A stretch of 54,835 nt of DNA. Source: an uncultured Nitrososphaerota archaeon (GTDB taxonomy: Archaea > Korarchaeota > Korarchaeia > Korarchaeales > Korarchaeaceae). The stretch spans positions 1 to 54,835 of the forward strand of contig CAZUBM010000013.1 of the NCBI GenBank assembly GCA_964618805.1, written 5' to 3'. The notes beneath the pieces are model-generated. The model was given only the letters and a program-made list of their open reading frames with translations, searched no databases and was not told where the DNA came from. Every line of letters starts with the position of its first letter. Within the stretch, counting starts at the first letter, position 1. Both the position numbers and the translations under genes were made by a program. Shown one piece after another: positions 48,969-54,835 of this stretch.

Positions 48969-50552
48969 ATGAAAAAGGAGACCGAAGAAGGCAAGGTTGA
49001 GTATAAGCTTAGGCTAAATGCACAGACAGAGGAGAGACTGCAAAAACTAGCAACCCAGCTAGCCTATAGACTAGGAGAGGGGGGAGGGGAAGCGTTCTAT
49101 GAGCTCGGGGTTTCAGATGATGGAGAACCGCTTGGTCTGACGGAAGAGGAGGCAAAAGAATCGTTTAAGGTCATGGAGCAGATAACAAAAACAGTAGGAG
49201 CATCCTTCATAGTTATTAGAAAAGAGAAGGCAAAAAGAGGCTATGTATACGAGCTTCTTGTAAGGAAGACAGTTGATTATCCACCTATACAGATATCCGT
49301 AGCCCTTCTCGGAAATGTGGATGCAGGAAAATCTACACTTAAGGGGGTACTAATATATGGAACTCTTGATGATGGCGATGGTAAAGCAATGAGTTTGGTG
49401 GCTAAATACCTACACGAGTTGAAGTTTAGAAGATCTTCGTCCGTCTCAGTTCATGTATTAGGTTTCAACGAAATGGGAGAATCCATCAATGACTCCCTTA
49501 GAACCTATGACGAGGCCAAGGTGTACTTGGAAGGATCTAAAATAGTTACTCTGATAGACCTTGCTGGTCATGAGAGGTATTTGAAAACGACGATGAGAGG
49601 GGTTCTTGGACATCTCCCTGACTACACCTGCATGGTAGTTGGAGCCAACGCAGGTCCAATAGGAACGTTTAGAGAACACTTAGGAATGACCGTTGCTTTG
49701 GGAATACCTTGTTTCGTTGTTGTCACGAAAGTGGATATGACTCCTCAAGAAGTGCTAGAGAAAAACTTAGATAAGGTAATACGTCTTCTAAAGCTGCCAG
49801 GAATTAACAAAATACCCTTCATCATAAGGAGCAAGAATGACGCAGCTATTGCAGCAAGGCACATGCCTCATGGGAGGGTTGCTCCCATATTCCTTATCTC
49901 AAATGTCACTGGTCAGGGCTTGCGGGAGCTCAAAGCATTTCTCAACATGCTTCCACCAAAGATAGATTGGCATGAGAAAGCTAAAGGAAAGTTTCTGTGC
50001 TACATCGATGAGAAATTCGATGTATCTGGAGTAGGGCTTGTGGTGGCCGGTTTGGTTGAGGAGGGTGCGGTTAAGAGTGGAGACCGGGTGCTTCTAGGAC
50101 CCTTTGATGATGGATCCTTCAGAACTGTAAGGGTTAAGTCAATAGAGGTGAACAGAGTCCGAGTTGAAAGGGCTGAAGCAGGTCAGATCGCAGCTTACGC
50201 AATTACAAACGCTAAGTATGAGGAAATAAGAAGAGGAATGGTATTGCTTGATCTTGATGCCACGCCTGTAGCTGTAAGAAAGTTCAGGGCCCATATAAGG
50301 GTCTTGCATCACCCTACAACCATAAAAGTTGGATATGAGCCAGTTATTCAGATGAAGACGATAAGACAAGCCGCAAGACTTGTAAATACCACGAAGAAAT
50401 TCCTGAGAAGTGGAGACACCGATATGGTTGAGTTTTACTTTATCCTAAGGCCTGAGTTTGTGAGAACTGGTGATGTCTTCTTTTTCAGAGAAGGTAGAAC
50501 GAAGGGGATAGGCACTGTCGTTGGGATAAGCGGCTCGACCACGGCGCAATAA
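48969..50552 (+). CDS. Translational GTPase of the GTPBP1/GP-1 family (aGTPBP)
   Basis: ETEEGKVEYK N-domain, GNVDAGKSTL, DLAGHERY, TKVD, EF-Tu-like domains II/III, FREGRTKG. Confidence 0.92.
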   Translation: MKKETEEGKVEYKLRLNAQTEERLQKLATQLAYRLGEGGGEAFYELGVSDDGEPLGLTEEEAKESFKVMEQITKTVGASFIVIRKEKAKRGYVYELLVRKTVDYPPIQISVALLGNVDAGKSTLKGVLIYGTLDDGDGKAMSLVAKYLHELKFRRSSSVSVHVLGFNEMGESINDSLRTYDEAKVYLEGSKIVTLIDLAGHERYLKTTMRGVLGHLPDYTCMVVGANAGPIGTFREHLGMTVALGIPCFVVVTKVDMTPQEVLEKNLDKVIRLLKLPGINKIPFIIRSKNDAAIAARHMPHGRVAPIFLISNVTGQGLRELKAFLNMLPPKIDWHEKAKGKFLCYIDEKFDVSGVGLVVAGLVEEGAVKSGDRVLLGPFDDGSFRTVRVKSIEVNRVRVERAEAGQIAAYAITNAKYEEIRRGMVLLDLDATPVAVRKFRAHIRVLHHPTTIKVGYEPVIQMKTIRQAARLVNTTKKFLRSGDTDMVEFYFILRPEFVRTGDVFFFREGRTKGIGTVVGISGSTTAQ

Positions 50553-50554
50553 AA

Positions 50555-50793
50555 ATGGTAGTACACGAGATCGATCCAGAAGCAGAGGTTTTCCTTTTTT
50601 CCTTTTCGGTTCGATTGTAAAGAGAAGGCATATACTCAAGCGACATAGTGCTTGTAATCACAAAGTCTCCTCCTAGCAAAATTCAATCGGAACTTTGGAA
50701 GGCTGGAATAAAGGAGTCGTTCGAGATACACGTGTATACCCAGAAAGAGTTCTCTTTTACAAAAGAAGAGCGAAACTTGTGAAGATGTGGATA
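50555..50793 (+). pseudogene. Minimal nucleotidyltransferase (MNT) remnant
   Basis: Across frames: VHEIDPEAEVFL/FGSIVKR.../SDI.VLVITK...FEIHVYT..EF/YKRR; several frameshifts. Confidence 0.65.
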
Positions 50794-50892
50794 GGGAACA
50801 CTAGTAAAGATAACTTGGCTCTGCTTCCATCAGCTTCTGTTCCATCTCTTTGCACATTTGTTACCCTCTTTTCTCACTGGTTCATTGCACCT

Positions 50893-50920
50893 ATTTCATG
50901 AAATTCATATATGAATTTCA
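50893..50920. promoter_or_regulatory. Perfect 22-bp palindrome with overlapping 12-bp palindrome, candidate operator
   Basis: TGAAATTCATATATGAATTTCA (50899-50920) and ATTTCATGAAAT (50893-50904). Confidence 0.5.
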
Positions 50921-51068
50921 AACTTTCTATACACCTAGTATCAATTTTCGTGCAACTCGCTAGAACGCTTCTGAACATGGCAAAGTATTTACTTTTTTCT
51001 TTATTTAATCATATTGGCGAGAGGAAGGAAATTTATAATAAACTGAATTGAAAATCTTCTAGATTAAG

Positions 51069-52200
51069 GTGCGCAAGCTTCTTGCTATTCTTGTCCTTTT
51101 GATCTCATTATTCTATGGACTTTCTCCTGCCTTCGACAGAAATAGGTGCGTTTTCTTTACCTGGATAGACGATCGACCTCTTGCTTCCTATGTGCCTCAA
51201 ACAAGCTAGCAAGTGATCGAGGCATTCTACCTAGCTTCCAAGTGGGCTGGGGTCGATGTCTGGTTCGATGATGTTAAGGTATTTTACATACAGGAAGGCA
51301 ACGAAGAAAGATTTGTAATGTTAAATTTGGAGCCTTACTTCAATGGAAGGCATAGAGAGTACTTAAAAGATTTCTTCGATGAGGAGATTGTTTGTATTAG
51401 AGGTATTCCATTTCAAATTAAACTTTCCGGATTAAATATCATAAGAACAGTTGTGCAAGGAAAACAAAGCATAAGATCGATGTAAATAGAGAAGGGGTGA
51501 AGAACATATATCTCATAGGCTTTGGAACTTATATAGCTAGAAATTTTGGTCATAAGAACCTCTATTGTGATAATATAAACCATTTCTCAATCTCGATTGT
51601 TTATCAGAACGGTAATGTATATGAAACCTTTCCGATCGATGTTGTCCTCAATAGAAAGGAATGGTCTGATATTCTAAGGGCTGAGGGAAGTGTAGTGAAG
51701 TTCCCAGCATTACCTGTAGCATACATCCATCTCTATAGAATACCAATAGAAAGTTCAGAAGCCATGGATAGTATCATAATCAATGATAAATATACAAAGG
51801 AGGAATGTGGAGCAATATACAAGAACAAACTCCCTCATCTTACGAGTCACCAGCATTTAGATCACCTTACTTAGCTCCTTTTGTTGCGATCCCAATTTTC
51901 GTTCTAGTCCTTAAGTTCGTCATATGTACCATAAATAAGCGTGAAAAAGAGATAAAGGGACGAAAAAGAACGGACAAGGGACAGGAAGAACTAGAGATCC
52001 TAGTAAGTAAGGCTGTTCGTGTGGGTATAATTGACGAGAATACCGCTCATAGATTAAAATTATTGAGAAACGAAAGCAAGACAAAGGCTAAGTTTATACT
52101 AAGGGCAATGATCGATGTAATGTCAAGGGAGATTTCAAGTCAAGCAAAGGAAAGGATCATATCAGAGCTTAGGAAGGAACTCTACAAGGAAACTAAATAA
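51069..52200 (+). pseudogene. Fragmented secreted, membrane-anchored surface protein
   Basis: Signal peptide MRKLLAILVLLISLFYG in frame with the 51213 ORF through a TAG; frameshifts ~51472 and ~51815; C-terminal TM plus cytoplasmic tail. Confidence 0.65.
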
Positions 52201-52253
52201 GAACTCCTTTCTTCTCCTTTCATTTCTACATCTTTTTACCTTTCTCTACAACT

Positions 52254-53033
52254 TTAAGTGTACATTAATGATCTTAGCTTATTCCTAAGCTCTTTCATGA
52301 TCTTTTCTTTTGCTCTCTCTGGCATCTCTGCTGATTGAATTCTCAACATTGCTTCTAATATATCCTCAGCTTCAAGTCTATCGTCTCTCTTTAATAAGAG
52401 AAGACCATTAACTTCGCTTTCATTTATAATGCTCTTTTGAGCTGCCTCTCTGGTTAAATCTTCGAGTTTATCGATTTGAGGTTTTGGAGGTTTTATTTCC
52501 TCTTCCAATCGATGAACTCTGTTCCTTTTTACCAATAGATATACAAGAGGAGGTACTAGGGAAATAGGGATAAGATAAACAAAAAATAAAGAACTTCTCT
52601 TGGGCGGTGGAGTAGGAGTTGGAGTAGGAGAAGAAGTAGATGTTGGAGGTTGAGAGGAAATATTAATTGGCTTCATTAATGGGTAACGATCCACATTATC
52701 GTCGTCAGCACGGTTTATTGCAGTATTGATTAAAATATATGGTGTATCACCTATTCCGTCACTACCTGTTTCATTTTGATGCGGCCCACGATAATAATCC
52801 GTACCATTATAATCACTCCAGTAATTCCCACCAGATGGATAGCCATCATCCCATGTGTTAATAGAAGGCGACCAAGGGTATTTCCAAAAAGAGGGGGATA
52901 TAAAATTATTGTGCCAGATTTTGTTGTTTGAAGAAGAAGAGAGGGATATGCCCCAATAATAGTTTAGAATTTTTGTGTTTTTTATGGTTACATTATTTAC
53001 AGCTTCTATACAGATTTTTGGAATCTTGTTCTT
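52254..53033 (-). pseudogene. N-terminally truncated NosD/CASH (parallel beta-helix) surface protein
   Basis: Frame open from 53033 with no start codon: GISLSSSSNNKIWHNNF...NTWDDGYPSGGNYWSDY...SDGIGDTPY...DRYPLM, PT-rich linker, TM, cytoplasmic tail. Confidence 0.8.
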
Positions 53034-53538
53034 TTAGCGGTCTGATAGATATTTTCTGTATTTGTTAAATATAGGGTTAGCGCAAGCTTGGATATGTCGC
53101 TAGCGCGCGCTTGCTAAGTTCTCCAAATCCCCTTATTATGGCCTCATTCAAAGACAAGAAAGATTCTTCTAACCTTCTCTCTATGCTGCGGTAGTCCTTC
53201 TGCAATCCTTCTATAACCTTAAGCTCCTTGTTGAAGTCCTCCCTAAGCTTAACTAGTCCTTCTGCAAGTTAATCTCTGCGATCGATCTTTCTATCTTGAG
53301 TTGCATATCTTCCAAGTAATCGCTCAAAACCCATTCTCCTTCGCCTTTTTGTAAAGACTTACACTTAGCTGCTCTTACGGATTTCAAGAAATCTTTATCA
53401 GGATTCAATGACTTTATCTGCCAAATCACAATCTCTTCTGGAATTCTTGGAAGGTGTAGATTATTGTTAGGTAACTACACTGTACAATACAACTGTTGCT
53501 AACAAATTTTATATTTGATCATTTAAAACACACGATAT

Positions 53539-53751
53539 ATGAAAACTATAACAATAAGTGATGAAGTATATGCAAAGCTCTCTCTCCTCAAGGGTAAGAA
53601 AAGCTTTTCAGAGCTAATTAACGAGCTCATAGAGCGCAACGTGGATAGAAGAATTGAGAAGATACTTGAACTAGCTGGAGAGGGAGAGAACGGGGTAGCT
53701 GAGCTTGAGAAGGTGGTTAAGGAGGTAAGAGGGAGCTTTAGGATAAGATAG
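53539..53751 (+). CDS. vapB: VapB-type antitoxin
   Basis: MKTITISDEVY..L..LKGKKSFSELI; immediately upstream of a PIN gene. Confidence 0.88.
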   Translation: MKTITISDEVYAKLSLLKGKKSFSELINELIERNVDRRIEKILELAGEGENGVAELEKVVKEVRGSFRIR

Positions 53752-53766
53752 GGAGGGAGGAAGGAC

Positions 53767-54189
53767 TTGAGGCTAATCTTAGATACTTCCTTTTTGATAG
53801 AGTTAAGAAAAAGGAATAAGGTAGCGTTCCAAACATTAGAGAGGGAAAAAGAAGGCGCAACAGACGTTTCAATCTCAGTTCTAACTCTTTATGAACTCTT
53901 AGTGGGGGCCGAATTCCTTTGGATGAAGAGAAGAGATCCGATCGAGAGATTTTGGGTGGAAAGGCTCCTCAGATGGGTCTCAGTTTTGAGTTTGGATGAA
54001 CAAGTGGTTAAGAGGGCCTCCAAGCTGAGAGCTAGGGCTATGCTTGAAGGAAAAGGATTTCCTGACTTGGATCTCTTAATAGCCCTGTCACAAGCTCCAG
54101 CTAAACTGCTAACTGCAGACGAGGATCACATGAAAATGAAAGAATACCTAGAGGAGGAGGGGGTAGAGGTAATCTCTATCGCATCATGA
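53767..54189 (+). CDS. vapC: VapC PIN-domain toxin
   Basis: LILDTSFLI, TLYEL, DLLIA, LLTADED. Confidence 0.9.
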   Translation: MRLILDTSFLIELRKRNKVAFQTLEREKEGATDVSISVLTLYELLVGAEFLWMKRRDPIERFWVERLLRWVSVLSLDEQVVKRASKLRARAMLEGKGFPDLDLLIALSQAPAKLLTADEDHMKMKEYLEEEGVEVISIAS

Positions 54190-54521
54190 TCTCCTTTTAA
54201 TCTCTTCAACCTCTTAAAGAGGATGCTTCCTGCTAACCTCCCAAGACTTCCTCCAAGTCTTGGGACTTCAATAATTACTCACCATTGATGCCAGTCTCAT
54301 CGTAAGCCTAAGAATTCTGGACAAAGCGGACTAAATTTTTGTTGGTTATCTGACCTCAGCTAAAAGATGGATTCTGGTAAATCTGTGAATCTCTTAGGGT
54401 ACTATTGTATAGGTTTTCTATCCATGTAAACATCCTTTCAAGAAAATCAGAATGAGACTAAGGCTGTTAGAATATCGAAAGAAGAAACTATCATAAGAAT
54501 GAAAGCAAGTGGCTTTAGAAG

Positions 54522-54835
54522 CTAAACTTCCTTTCCTATTATCAATTCCACTCTTTGCTCTTTTGCGAGTCTCCTGAGTTCCCTGGCTATTGGTCTTGAA
54601 GCTGTTAGCGCTATCAGAAACTTCATGGGCTCTCTTCCGAATTTCTTGGTAGCTAGTTTTGCCTTTCTCTCTAGCTTGTCCAGCTCCTTAAGAGAATCTA
54701 TGTGAGCTGTGGCTTCTCCAACTATGAGAGGATCATCAAAGAACAGATTTATCTCCTCTCCATCAACCACTTCTCTCCTTAATTCCCCTTTGGATGGGAG
54801 TCTCTTCTCTGCTCTAAGCCTAGTTGATAGGAAAA
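54522..54835 (-). CDS. PD-(D/E)XK-like / paREP-type protein, C-terminal part (frame open to window edge)
   Basis: EEINLF...IVGEAT..ID...DKLERK pattern seen in archaeal coiled-coil nuclease-like families. Confidence 0.5.
   Translation of the reverse strand, partial: FLSTRLRAEKRLPSKGELRREVVDGEEINLFFDDPLIVGEATAHIDSLKELDKLERKAKLATKKFGREPMKFLIALTASRPIARELRRLAKEQRVELIIGKEV

Noticed and set aside
53140-53460. Coiled-coil gene remnant (LVKLREDFNKELK)
   Set aside because: Too degraded to assign a family or boundaries
1-54835. CRISPR arrays, tRNA/rRNA genes, transposases or integrases
   Set aside because: None recognised; the rRNA-like 10-11-mers at 35.3 kb are antisense sRNA guides, not rRNA

Overview
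A chromosomal segment from an archaeon, probably a thermophile of the TACK/Thermoproteota group (short XPF, PolB2, FBP aldolase/phosphatase, aGTPBP1, a TackOD1-like domain, C/D box sRNA, GGTGA/GGAGG Shine-Dalgarno motifs). The main feature is a ~23 kb carbohydrate region (7.1-30 kb). It encodes a complete bacterial-type PTS (EI, HPr, galactitol-family EIIA/B/C). Interleaved with it are ribulose-5-P 3-epimerase, an acetoin/2-oxoacid-dehydrogenase-like E1a/E1b/E2 complex lacking E3, OsmC, a cupin, BtpA/SgcQ, two PfkB kinases, an LLM oxidoreductase, two atypical deaminases, TIM and a GOR-like tungsten oxidoreductase. The gene set resembles an archaeal version of the cryptic E. coli sgc cluster with an added TPP complex. 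Also present: a PolB2/inactive RadA/arCOG07300 module, a second HPr lacking both phospho-sites, a double-guide C/D sRNA (predicted 16S Cm1402 and Am915), a second candidate sRNA, transporters, a VapBC pair and several decaying genes. All calls come from motif reading; no database searches were run.
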